A stretch of DNA of 64,000 nucleotides, taken from NCBI GenBank assembly GCA_017535665.1, contig JAFXTS010000021.1, forward strand, positions 4,796-68,795. The letters are read 5' to 3'. Below are positions 26,619 to 34,808 of the stretch, in pieces (position 1 is the stretch's first letter; each line of letters begins with the position of its first letter). Source of the DNA: Bacteroidales bacterium. GTDB taxonomy: Bacteria; Bacteroidota; Bacteroidia; Bacteroidales; WCHB1-69. Both the position numbers and the translations under genes were made by a program. The notes beneath the pieces were generated by a model. It saw nothing but the letters and a program-made list of their open reading frames with translations, was not told where the DNA came from and made no database searches.

Positions 26619-27962
26619 ATGAAGATGCTTCCGATTCTGTTGACAACGCTACTTGCGATCGGCTGCTCTGTGCAGAAGCCGGTGGTGGAGGAAGCCGTCA
26701 GGCCCAATCTTCTTGAACCGGACATCATACTGGTTGACAGTATGTCTATGCGCTCGTGGCAGGAGATTTTTGTGGACGAACCCTTGCAGTCGCTGATTGC
26801 GGAAGCCCTTGACAGCAACGCCGATGTGCGTACCATGCAGCTCAACGTGGAACAGGCCGCCATCCAGATGCGGGTGGCGAAGCTTTCCTATCTGCCGTCG
26901 TTTGCGCTGTCGCCATCGGGAACTGTTTCGAAGGCACAGAGCAGCACCGCCACCTACACTTACGAACTGCCGCTCACGATGAGCTGGGAATTGAATCTCG
27001 GCGGACAAATGGCGGCACAGAAAGCAGCAACGAAATACCAGTGGATGAACGCACAGGAGCAACTCAAATATACACGGCTACAGCTCATTGCTTCCGTTGC
27101 CAACGCTTACTACACGCTCATTATGCTGGATGAGCAGCTGCGGCTTTCGGAACAGAGCGTGCAACTGCAACGGGAAACGCTGGAAACCATCACGGCAATG
27201 AAGGAGGTGGGCATGATGAACGAATTGGCTGTCAATCAAGCCGAAACAGAATTGCAGGTCACGGTTGCTTCGGTGAGTGATCTGCGCCTGCAACGCGAGA
27301 AGACCGAACGGGCACTGAATGTGTTGTTGAGCCGCACGACTCAGAATGTTCAATATTCCACTTACGCGGATGTCAAAGACATCAATATGGATGCGGATGC
27401 GCCTGTCAGTTTGGAGGCACTGGCGATGCGTCCGGATGTGCGTAGCGCGGAATATCAGCTGCGGGCCTCGTTCAGCAACACCAAAGTGGCGCGCTCGCAG
27501 TTCTACCCGTCGCTGAAACTTACCGCCAGCGGCTCGTGGACCAACAACATCGGCGAGATTGTCAATCCTGCCAAACTGTTGCTAAACCTGATTGGCGGAC
27601 TTACACAGCCGTTGTTTCAGATGGGACAGATCAAGGCGAACTTCGAGATTGCTAAGTTGCAGCAGGAGCAGTCGCAAATTGCTTTCGAGCAGGCACTGTT
27701 GCAGGCGGGCAGCGAAGTCGCCAATGCTTTGTCGGAATGCCATGCCGCACAACAAAAACTGCAAGTCCGCGAGGCGCAGGTGGAGGCCAGCCAAAAAGCG
27801 GTGGAGAACGTACGCGAACTGATGCAGCATTCCTCATCCGTCACCTACCTGGAAGTGCTCACCGCCCAGTCGTCGTGGCTCAATGCCCAGTTGCAGCAGA
27901 CTGCCGACTGGTTGGAGTTACAGCAGGGGAGAATCAATCTGTACAAGGCATTATGCCGATAA
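26619..27962 (+). CDS. Efflux outer-membrane factor (TolC/NodT-family lipoprotein)
   Basis: 447 aa. Lipobox LLAIGCS. It has the duplicated OEP helical-repeat architecture typical of RND outer-membrane subunits. Confidence 0.9.
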   Translation: MKMLPILLTTLLAIGCSVQKPVVEEAVRPNLLEPDIILVDSMSMRSWQEIFVDEPLQSLIAEALDSNADVRTMQLNVEQAAIQMRVAKLSYLPSFALSPSGTVSKAQSSTATYTYELPLTMSWELNLGGQMAAQKAATKYQWMNAQEQLKYTRLQLIASVANAYYTLIMLDEQLRLSEQSVQLQRETLETITAMKEVGMMNELAVNQAETELQVTVASVSDLRLQREKTERALNVLLSRTTQNVQYSTYADVKDINMDADAPVSLEALAMRPDVRSAEYQLRASFSNTKVARSQFYPSLKLTASGSWTNNIGEIVNPAKLLLNLIGGLTQPLFQMGQIKANFEIAKLQQEQSQIAFEQALLQAGSEVANALSECHAAQQKLQVREAQVEASQKAVENVRELMQHSSSVTYLEVLTAQSSWLNAQLQQTADWLELQQGRINLYKALCR

Positions 27963-28290
27963 AATCGAATGTCACATTGGCCTCGTTGCACACGGATGAC
28001 CGCGAGGAGTTCATACTCAACAATCGAAGGACGTTCAAGTATGGAGCCACGGAGGAAAAGGCGGAGAAGCAAGAGCAAAGCCAAGTTTGCTTGAGCTTTG
28101 CCGAGTCGCGACGAAATTCGGGCGAAACTCATTTTGGCTTGCGCGATGACCCTTTTGAAGAAGAAGTCGAGCGCAGTCCCCTCCAGAACAACTTTCAACG
28201 GGAGAAATCCTTAAAAAAAGATAGACACTGATAATCAAACGATTGTCGGTGTCTTTCTTTGATTTTAGGGAACCACGTTCCCGTTTCAAG

Positions 28291-28674
28291 TGGAGCCGGC
28301 GGGAGTCGAACCCGCGTCCAAACTTGCTGCAGAGATGCTTTCTACACGTTTAGTCTCCGTTTGATTGTCGGCGCGTGGCAGGTACGGGACCAACCAACCC
28401 CGCGCTTATCTTCTAATCTTCGCTCACGCATCGAAGCCTGCGCTCGCTATCCATTCCTTTATGATACTTCTGGCCGGCCGCCGAACGGCAGGGCTGCCGG
28501 GGAAGCACCCAGTGCCACGGACCTTGTCCGGGTTCCGGGATTCGCCGCGATTAGGCAGCGAAAGCATAGTTGTTGCCATTTATTGGCTAAGAGAGTTAGT
28601 TTTTAACGGAACCGTCTCACAACCTCCGACGTGCTTACAAATCCACACACATGCTGTCAAAACCAAACGACCCC
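28291..28674 (-). ncRNA. ssrA: tmRNA (ssrA)
   Basis: The 5' end GGGGTCGTTTGGTTTTGACAGC pairs with the 3' tRNA-like end GGGTTCGACTCCCGCCGGCTCCA, giving an acceptor with a G3-U pair. The tag reading frame GGC AAC AAC TAT GCT TTC GCT GCC TAA (28577-28551) encodes GNNYAFAA. Confidence 0.85.
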
Positions 28675-28731
28675 ATTGTGCGGTTCGGCTGCCCTTGGCT
28701 TGCACGCCGCCGGACAACCGTTTCCTTTTCT

Positions 28732-29157
28732 TTACTTCACCTCACCGCTGGTCTTCAACACCACACGGTCGGTCTCCGCATTCGACATCACGGTCACCCA
28801 CTTGCTGATGAGCCCCGTGTGCTTGGCGGTATAGGTCACCTTGATCACCCCGGTCTTGCCCGGCATCACCGGCTTCTTCGACCAGTCCACCTCCGTGCAG
28901 TCGCAGTTGGTGGTGACATTATCGAGAATCAAAGGCTTCTTGCCCGTGTTGGTATACACCATCTCAATCGTCTTCACATCACCGACATGGAGCGTGCCAT
29001 AGTCGATGGTCTTCTTGGCGAATGAGATCTCGGCGCCCGTGACGTTCGTCGCAGCGGCGGTGTTCTTCTCGGAAGAAGCGGCTTTTGAGGAATTGCTTTG
29101 TGCCATGCCCAAGTTGGCTACCAACAGGATGGCGAATGCGATGAGAATCTTTTTCAT
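28732..29157 (-). CDS. DUF1573-domain secreted protein
   Basis: 141 aa. Signal peptide present. The motif NCDCTEVDWSKKPVMPGKTGVIKVTY is typical of DUF1573. Confidence 0.75.
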   Translation of the reverse strand: MKKILIAFAILLVANLGMAQSNSSKAASSEKNTAAATNVTGAEISFAKKTIDYGTLHVGDVKTIEMVYTNTGKKPLILDNVTTNCDCTEVDWSKKPVMPGKTGVIKVTYTAKHTGLISKWVTVMSNAETDRVVLKTSGEVK

Positions 29158-29169
29158 TTTCGTAGATTT

Positions 29170-29673
29170 TTAGTTGGCCTTCATCATCGGAGCATCCTGC
29201 ACGGGAGCCGACTCCACCGGCTTCTCGCTGATATGTCCTTTGATATGAAGCACCACGCTGTTGTTGACGGCATCGGAACTCACGGTAATCGACTTGTTGA
29301 TGGTGCCGATGCGGTTGGTGTCGTATTTCACTCTGATAACGGCGGTCTTGCCGGGGGCGATGGGATCTCTCGGCCACGACGGAACGGTACAACCGCAAGA
29401 GGCCTGGCACTTGGTGATGGTCAGCGGAGCCTTGCCGGTGTTCTTGAACTTGAACTCGCACTCGCCGTTGTCGCCTTTGTAAATGTTACCATAGTCATAC
29501 TCAAGGCTTTCAAAAGTAATTTCAGCCACCTTTACTTTCTTATTCTTCTTGTTGTCTTTGGAGACTTCTGTTCCGGCTTTGCCGTTTTTGCCTGCGTTGG
29601 CATCACTCTGCGCAAAAGCAGTAAATGAAGCGAAGAATACGACGATGAGGGTGAGAATAAAAGCTTTTTTCAT
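29170..29673 (-). CDS. DUF1573-domain secreted protein (paralog of the downstream gene)
   Basis: 167 aa. Signal peptide present. Motif CQASCGCTVPSWPRDPIAPGKTAVIRVKY. Confidence 0.75.
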   Translation of the reverse strand: MKKAFILTLIVVFFASFTAFAQSDANAGKNGKAGTEVSKDNKKNKKVKVAEITFESLEYDYGNIYKGDNGECEFKFKNTGKAPLTITKCQASCGCTVPSWPRDPIAPGKTAVIRVKYDTNRIGTINKSITVSSDAVNNSVVLHIKGHISEKPVESAPVQDAPMMKAN

Positions 29674-29736
29674 GATATGTTTTTTTTATTTTTTAATGAC
29701 TAAAACGATATTTTGATATAAAAATGCTTAACAAGT

Positions 29737-30153
29737 TTAATTTTGGATGAAAGATTGCACGGCGAGCGCGTAGCCCTGAAGTCCGAAACCGGAGATGAAG
29801 CCCTTGCAGCAGCCTGCCAGACAGGATTTGCGGCGGTATTGCTCGCGGGCAAAGAGGTTGGAGATGTGCACCTCCACCACCGGCGTGGTCACCGCCTTCA
29901 CGGCATCGGCCAACACGATGGCCGTGTGGGTGTAGGCACCCGGATTGAGGATGATGCCGTCGTAGTCGGACGCAGAATGGATGCGGGCAACCAGCTCGTG
30001 GAGCGCATCCGACTGGAAATAGTCGATCTGGATAGAGGAGAACTGCTGACGGAGCGAAAAAAGATACTCCTCGAAGGTGACATGGCCATAGACATTCACC
30101 TCGCGGGTACCCAAAATCCCCAAATTCACCCCATTGATAATCAGCAGTTTCAT
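29737..30153 (-). CDS. aroQ: Type II 3-dehydroquinate dehydratase
   Basis: 138 aa. MKLLIINGVNLGILGTRE...YG and NPGAYTHTAIVLADA are conserved AroQ motifs. Confidence 0.9.
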   Translation of the reverse strand: MKLLIINGVNLGILGTREVNVYGHVTFEEYLFSLRQQFSSIQIDYFQSDALHELVARIHSASDYDGIILNPGAYTHTAIVLADAVKAVTTPVVEVHISNLFAREQYRRKSCLAGCCKGFISGFGLQGYALAVQSFIQN

Positions 30154-30467
30154 TCTTTTATCAAAAACAAATCCTCGTTCTCTTTCTTCATATTCAGTTG
30201 CTCACGACGATAGCGTTCTCTGGTCACACTATCATTTTTGAAATCTTTATTAACACTTTGTATCTCCACATTCTTCTCCGCCTTTTTCAACTCCGCCTCC
30301 TGCTCTTTAATCTTCGTATTCAGTTTTTGGTGAATGTGATAGTTACTGTCGGAAAAAACAAAAACATACACTACCGCCAACATCACGACAGCGGCATACA
30401 TGATGAGTCGCTGTTTCCAAGTGAACCTGCGGAACCAATCGATGATTTTATTATTCCTCTCTGACAT
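30150..30467 (-). CDS. Septum formation initiator family protein (FtsB/DivIC-like)
   Basis: The start was moved to the MSERNNK methionine. It has a single TM helix and a coiled coil, then RERYRREQLNMKKENEDLFLI, which is typical of Bacteroidota FtsB-like proteins. Confidence 0.6.
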   Translation of the reverse strand: MSERNNKIIDWFRRFTWKQRLIMYAAVVMLAVVYVFVFSDSNYHIHQKLNTKIKEQEAELKKAEKNVEIQSVNKDFKNDSVTRERYRREQLNMKKENEDLFLIKE

Positions 30468-30647
30468 TACACAAAAAACAAGCCTGCAAAAGTACAAGTT
30501 TTTTTTGAATTCTGGATGAATAAAATTCGCAAACTTTGTTGTATATTTGCCGCCTCAAACTCTGAATTTCTGCCGTCCACTTCCATTTTTCATCTGAAAT
30601 CAATCATTATATTCAATAAATCAACATCTTAATTAAAATCAATTACT

Positions 30648-32108
30648 ATGGGAGAATTAGCAAAACTTTACCCGAAATCATTATGGGAGATTTTTGACAA
30701 CATCTGCGCTATTCCGCATCCGTCGAAACACGAGGAGAAACTCGCCGCTTGGATGATGGAGTGGGCCAAGAAGAACAATATCGAGTGCAAGCAGGATGCC
30801 ACCGGCAACCTCGTGTTCCGCAAACCGGCCACCAAGGGCATGGAGAACCGCGTTCCCGTGATCTTGCAGGCCCATATCGACATGGTGCCGCAGGCCAACG
30901 CCAGCACGAAACACGACTTCACCAAAGACCCCATCAAACCGCGCATTTGCGAAGACGGTTGGGTACGCGCTACCGGCACCACCCTCGGTGCAGACAACGG
31001 TATCGGCGGTTCGGCCGCTCTGGCCGTGCTCGCCTCCAAAGACGTGGCTCACGGTCCGCTGGAGGTGCTCCTCACCGTTGACGAGGAGACTGGCATGACG
31101 GGAGCCTTCGGTCTGAAGAAGGGTGCCCTCAAGGGTGAGATCCTCATCAACCTCGACTCCGAAACCGAGGGCGAACTCTATGTGGGTTGCGCCGGCGGTC
31201 TCGACGGTGTCATCACCATGAACTACCGCAACACGGCCGTTCCCGCTGGCATGAAGGGCTACCAGATTGTCATCACCGGCCTCAACGGTGGTCACTCCGG
31301 CATGGACATCAACCTCGGTCGCGCCAACGCCAACAAGCTGATGACCCGCGTGCTGAGCACGGCTGCCGAGAAGTGCGGCATCCGTCTCGCCTCCTTCGTG
31401 GGCGGCAACCTGCGCAATGCCATCCCGCGTGAGGCCGTTGCCATCGTGGCCGTGCCCGAAGCCAACGAAAAGGCTCTCACCAAGCTCGTCAACGCCTTCG
31501 CCAAGACCGCCAAGGCTGAGTTCTCCGCTACCGAGCCCAACATGACCATCAAGGCCAAAGCCATCGACACGCCCGCCAAGGTGATGCCCGAAGCCACTCA
31601 GGAGAAACTGCTCGGAATGGTGTTCGCACTGCCCAACGGTGTGCTCCGCATGAGCGACAGCATGCCCGGCCTCGTGGAGACCTCCAACAACCTCGCCGTG
31701 GTGAACGCCCAGAACGGCAAGATCCAGATCATCTCCCTGATGCGCAGCTCTGTGGACAGCGCCAAGGATGCTGTGGGACAGAAGATGACCGCCATCGCCC
31801 GCCTTGCCGGTGCCGACATCGTGCTCGAGGCTGGCTACCCGGGCTGGAAGCCGAACATGGAATCTCCGATTCTGCAGACCGCCAAGAAGGTGTACAAAGA
31901 TAAATTCAAGAAAGATCCCGCCTTCATGGCCATCCATGCCGGTTTGGAATGCGCTCTCTTCAGCGTTAACTATCCGAACTGGGATATGATCTCCTTCGGA
32001 CCCACCATCATGCACCCGCACTCCCCCGACGAGCGCGTGAACATCGAGAGCGTGGGCAAATTCTGGGATTTCATCGTGGCTCTGCTCAAGAACATTCCCA
32101 AGAAATAA
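30648..32108 (+). CDS. pepD: Aminoacyl-histidine dipeptidase (M20 family, PepD)
   Basis: 486 aa. PHPSKHEEKL, LQAHIDMV, TTLGADNGIG and TVDEETGMTGA are PepD-type metal-ligand motifs. Confidence 0.9.
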   Translation: MGELAKLYPKSLWEIFDNICAIPHPSKHEEKLAAWMMEWAKKNNIECKQDATGNLVFRKPATKGMENRVPVILQAHIDMVPQANASTKHDFTKDPIKPRICEDGWVRATGTTLGADNGIGGSAALAVLASKDVAHGPLEVLLTVDEETGMTGAFGLKKGALKGEILINLDSETEGELYVGCAGGLDGVITMNYRNTAVPAGMKGYQIVITGLNGGHSGMDINLGRANANKLMTRVLSTAAEKCGIRLASFVGGNLRNAIPREAVAIVAVPEANEKALTKLVNAFAKTAKAEFSATEPNMTIKAKAIDTPAKVMPEATQEKLLGMVFALPNGVLRMSDSMPGLVETSNNLAVVNAQNGKIQIISLMRSSVDSAKDAVGQKMTAIARLAGADIVLEAGYPGWKPNMESPILQTAKKVYKDKFKKDPAFMAIHAGLECALFSVNYPNWDMISFGPTIMHPHSPDERVNIESVGKFWDFIVALLKNIPKK

Positions 32109-32133
32109 GCGACACATCTACTAATAGGTAGCG

Positions 32134-32168
32134 ACAGGAGGATGCCGGAAGGTGTCCTCCTGTTTTTT
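32134..32168 (+). terminator. Intrinsic terminator after pepD
   Basis: Stem acaggagga / tcctcctgt followed by tttttt. Confidence 0.7.
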
Positions 32169-32338
32169 ATTGTGCCCGCAAAATCTTCCAAAATCGCTAA
32201 CATTCTCTATGCCAAAAAGTTGCAGAGTGTTAAAGAGCGATTTTTCAAATCATTGTTATTGAAACAATTATCCTCTCAAAAAATATTTTTACGAAATTGA
32301 TAACAAATGGATTTTCTGCTGTATCTTTGCGGTGTCCT

Positions 32339-32366
32339 GTAGAGACGTGGTGCACCGCGTCTCTAC
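32339..32366. repeat. 28-nt palindromic element (GTAGAGACG-N10-CGTCTCTAC family)
   Basis: gtagagacgtggtgcaccgcgtctctac, followed by aaaa. It lies in the leader of the first DUF5618-like gene. Confidence 0.8.
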
Positions 32367-32384
32367 AAAATTAATCTAAACATC

Positions 32385-32807
32385 ATGGAACTCGAAAATC
32401 CTATTGAAGAGGCTCGCCGCTATGTGGCGAATGCCGAAGAAATTATCAAAAAGGCCAACTACGACCCTGAACTGAAGAGTTACACCGACAGCAAATATGT
32501 CAAAACAGCCGGTAATATCTTATGGTGTGGCTGTTTGGTGGCGCTTGACGCTATTCTTCAAATTCGGGAGGGAAAAGGCCGTCCCTCCATAGCGAAATAC
32601 CAAGAAGCTGCTGGCAAACGAGATAAGAAACTGCTTCATTTTTTGAATCTTGGATACGATACTCTACACTTGGTGATGGGGTACGACGGCAACAAGGGCA
32701 AAAAGGTGTGCGATGCTGGGTTCGATTATGCCGACGCCATCATCAACCGTTGTGCGCTGCTATACCGAAAACCGATCTTGCGCAGGTGTCCTAATGGGAC
32801 ATGGTAG
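32385..32807 (+). CDS. Small all-helical protein, DUF5618-like (paralog 1)
   Basis: 140 aa. It shares MELENPIEEARRYVANAEEIIK ... KGKGRPSIAKYQEAA.KRD.KLL.F.N.GY.TLHL.MGYDG ... ADAIINRC with the next gene. Its TAG stop lies inside the palindrome at 32804. Confidence 0.6.
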   Translation: MELENPIEEARRYVANAEEIIKKANYDPELKSYTDSKYVKTAGNILWCGCLVALDAILQIREGKGRPSIAKYQEAAGKRDKKLLHFLNLGYDTLHLVMGYDGNKGKKVCDAGFDYADAIINRCALLYRKPILRRCPNGTW

Positions 32808-32831
32808 AGACGTTGCGCGCAACGTCTCTAC
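32804..32831. repeat. 28-nt palindromic element, perfect copy
   Basis: gtagagacgttgcgcgcaacgtctctac, followed by aaaaa. Confidence 0.85.
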
Positions 32832-32882
32832 AAAAACAATACGTACTTTATGGCAAGAAAGAACTAAATTAATCTAAACATC

Positions 32883-33293
32883 ATGGAACTTGATAATCCT
32901 ATTGAAGAGGCTCGCCGCTATGTGGCGAATGCCGAAGAAATCATCAAAAACTCTAAATTGGATCCCGAAACCAATCTTTACAGGGACAAGAAGTATGTCC
33001 GCATTGCTGGCGACACGCTGTGGAAGGGATGTCTGATTGCCTTAGATGCGGTGTTAGGGGTGCGGAAGGGAAAAGGCCGTCCCTCCATAGCCAAATATCA
33101 GGAGGCTGCCGCCAAACGCGACCGCAAACTCCTTCAGTTTGTCAATACCGGCTACGAAACCCTGCACTTGCACATGGGTTATGATGGCACCAAAAATAAA
33201 AAGACCTGCGAATCGGGCTTTGATATGGCCAACGCCATCATCAACCGTTGTGAACTGCTGTACCCGAATAACCCCTCTCCGCAGGTGGCCTAA
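32883..33293 (+). CDS. Small all-helical protein, DUF5618-like (paralog 2)
   Basis: 136 aa. It is collinear with paralog 1 over its whole length and shares the leader aaattaatctaaacatcATGGAACT. Confidence 0.6.
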   Translation: MELDNPIEEARRYVANAEEIIKNSKLDPETNLYRDKKYVRIAGDTLWKGCLIALDAVLGVRKGKGRPSIAKYQEAAAKRDRKLLQFVNTGYETLHLHMGYDGTKNKKTCESGFDMANAIINRCELLYPNNPSPQVA

Positions 33294-33350
33294 CCACCTG
33301 TTCTTATCGTAAAAAACAATTTGCGGGTTGAGTAGGCTTTCAACGGCCTC

Positions 33351-33932
33351 TTACTTTCTCCGATAGAATCCCATCTCGTCGATGCACTGCGCTACTTTGG
33401 GGTGGAGACAATATTGTACGGATTTGCCCTCCGCGATGGAGTTACGAATCAGGGTGGCGGAAATTTCCATGAGTGGCGAGTTGACCATCTGCACATTAGG
33501 CAGTTCCTTCCACTTCCCGCCGTCGCAGCCGGGGCGCGGATAGACGTAGATGGCGTAATTCTCCAAGATGAACTCGTAGTTTTTCCACTTGTCGATGCTC
33601 TGGAGGTTGTCCTCGCCCATAATCAGCACAAACTCCTTGTCGGGATATTTCTCGCTGAGCCGCACCAGCGTGTGACTGGTGTAGGAAGGAAGCGGAAGGC
33701 CGAACTCGATGTCGCAGGAGCGGAAACGGGCGTCGTCCTCCACGGCGAGATTCACCATGTAGAGCCGCTGGTGACCATTGAGCAGCGACTCCTTCTTCTT
33801 GAGCGGATTGTTGGGCGACACCACAAACCACACCTCCTTCAGGTCGGTATTCTCCACAAAATATTCAGCCATAATGAGATGGCCGATATGGATGGGGTTG
33901 AAGGAGCCGAAGAAGAGACCTACTTTTGACAT
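33351..33932 (-). CDS. nadD: Nicotinate-nucleotide adenylyltransferase
   Basis: 193 aa. N-terminal GLFFGSFNPIHIGHL (HxGH motif) and a C-terminal ISATLIR motif. Confidence 0.9.
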   Translation of the reverse strand: MSKVGLFFGSFNPIHIGHLIMAEYFVENTDLKEVWFVVSPNNPLKKKESLLNGHQRLYMVNLAVEDDARFRSCDIEFGLPLPSYTSHTLVRLSEKYPDKEFVLIMGEDNLQSIDKWKNYEFILENYAIYVYPRPGCDGGKWKELPNVQMVNSPLMEISATLIRNSIAEGKSVQYCLHPKVAQCIDEMGFYRRK

Positions 33933-34489
33933 AAGAAATCGTTGACTAACTGACAGGCCTTTTGTTGGGCATCGGCGAGGATGTCGTTCACCAGGATCAC
34001 GTCAAACTGGTTGGCAAAGGTGAGTTCGTACTCGGCCTTGTCGATGCGTTTTTTGAGGGTTTCGGGGGTTTCGGTGCCACGGCCCACGAGGCGTTTTTTC
34101 AAATCCTCGACGGTGGGCGGCTGGATGAAGATGGAGAGGGCTCTTTCGCCGTAATACTTCTTGATGTTGATGCCGCCGAGCACATCTACATCGAAAATCA
34201 CCACCTTACCTTCGTTGCCGAGACGATCCACCTCCGACTTGAGAGAGCCGTAGTACTGTCCGGCGTACACCTCCTGCCATTCGAGGAAGTCGCCATCGGC
34301 GATGCGCTTCTGAAAGTCGGGAACGGTGATAAAGTAGTAGTCTTTTCCGTCGGTTTCCATCTCGCGTTTGGCGCGTGTGGTGGCGGAAATGGAGAAAGAA
34401 AGTTCAGGAATATTTTCGAGAAGATGGCGCACAATGGAGGTCTTTCCTGCTCCGGAAGGTGCCGATACAACGATTAACTTATTTTGCAT
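33920..34489 (-). CDS. gmk: Guanylate kinase
   Basis: 189 aa. P-loop SAPSGAGKTS, TTR...E.DG.DYYF and the overall length match Gmk. Confidence 0.95.
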   Translation of the reverse strand: MQNKLIVVSAPSGAGKTSIVRHLLENIPELSFSISATTRAKREMETDGKDYYFITVPDFQKRIADGDFLEWQEVYAGQYYGSLKSEVDRLGNEGKVVIFDVDVLGGINIKKYYGERALSIFIQPPTVEDLKKRLVGRGTETPETLKKRIDKAEYELTFANQFDVILVNDILADAQQKACQLVNDFLCQK

Positions 34490-34618
34490 AAGCGGTTTAG
34501 TTTAGAATTTTAGGCTGACAAAATTACACTAATTTTTTCAATATCAAACAGAAAGAAGGGGGAAGAAGGTGAAAAAATTATTTTTTTCAAAAAAGGATGA
34601 GCGTATTGAAATTTTTTC

Positions 34619-34626
34619 TAATTTTG
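34619..34626 (+). promoter_or_regulatory. -7 box (TAATTTTG) for tRNA-Pro
   Basis: It lies 17 nt upstream of the tRNA 5' end. Confidence 0.5.
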
Positions 34627-34642
34627 CAGCCGCAAAAATGAA

Positions 34643-34716
34643 CGGGGTGTGGCGCAGTTGGCTAGCGTACTTGCATGGGGTGCAAGGGGTCGGAAGTTCG
34701 AGTCTTCTCACCCCGA
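34643..34716 (+). tRNA. tRNA-Pro (anticodon GGG)
   Basis: Manual cloverleaf: acceptor CGGGGTG/CACCCCG, anticodon stem CTTGC/GCAAG with loop ATGGGGT, and T-loop TTCGAGT. 74 nt, CCA not encoded. Confidence 0.9.
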
Positions 34717-34725
34717 CGTTCAAAA

Positions 34726-34760
34726 AAAGGCAATCCGAATGGGTTGCCTTTTTATTTTTT
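34726..34760 (+). terminator. Hairpin plus T-run after tRNA-Pro
   Basis: aaaggcaatcc gaat gggttgccttt followed by ttattttttt. Confidence 0.6.
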
Positions 34761-34808
34761 TGTATATTTGCACCCAATAAAAATATCATTCACCCTAACA
34801 TCAACACT

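Noticed and set aside
26263-26646. Minus-strand ORFs (127 and 73 aa) downstream of the methyltransferase, considered as a Vsr-like or DUF559-like endonuclease remnant.
   Set aside because: Only a vague resemblance (PDLF ... GC.F) could be seen by eye. It is too weak to call without a search, so it is mentioned only as a possibility under the R-M finding.
28259-28834. Several + strand ORFs (115, 147 and 67 aa).
   Set aside because: The region is fully explained by the minus-strand tmRNA (28291-28674) and by the 3' end of a DUF1573 gene.
30681-32117. 478-aa minus-strand ORF.
   Set aside because: It is antisense to pepD, which has unambiguous M20 dipeptidase motifs. This is a high-GC antisense artefact.
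34569-34808. 5' extension of the 300-aa track ORF.
   Set aside because: It runs through tRNA-Pro and its terminator. An internal Met at 34809 with a signal peptide and its own -7 box is the credible start.
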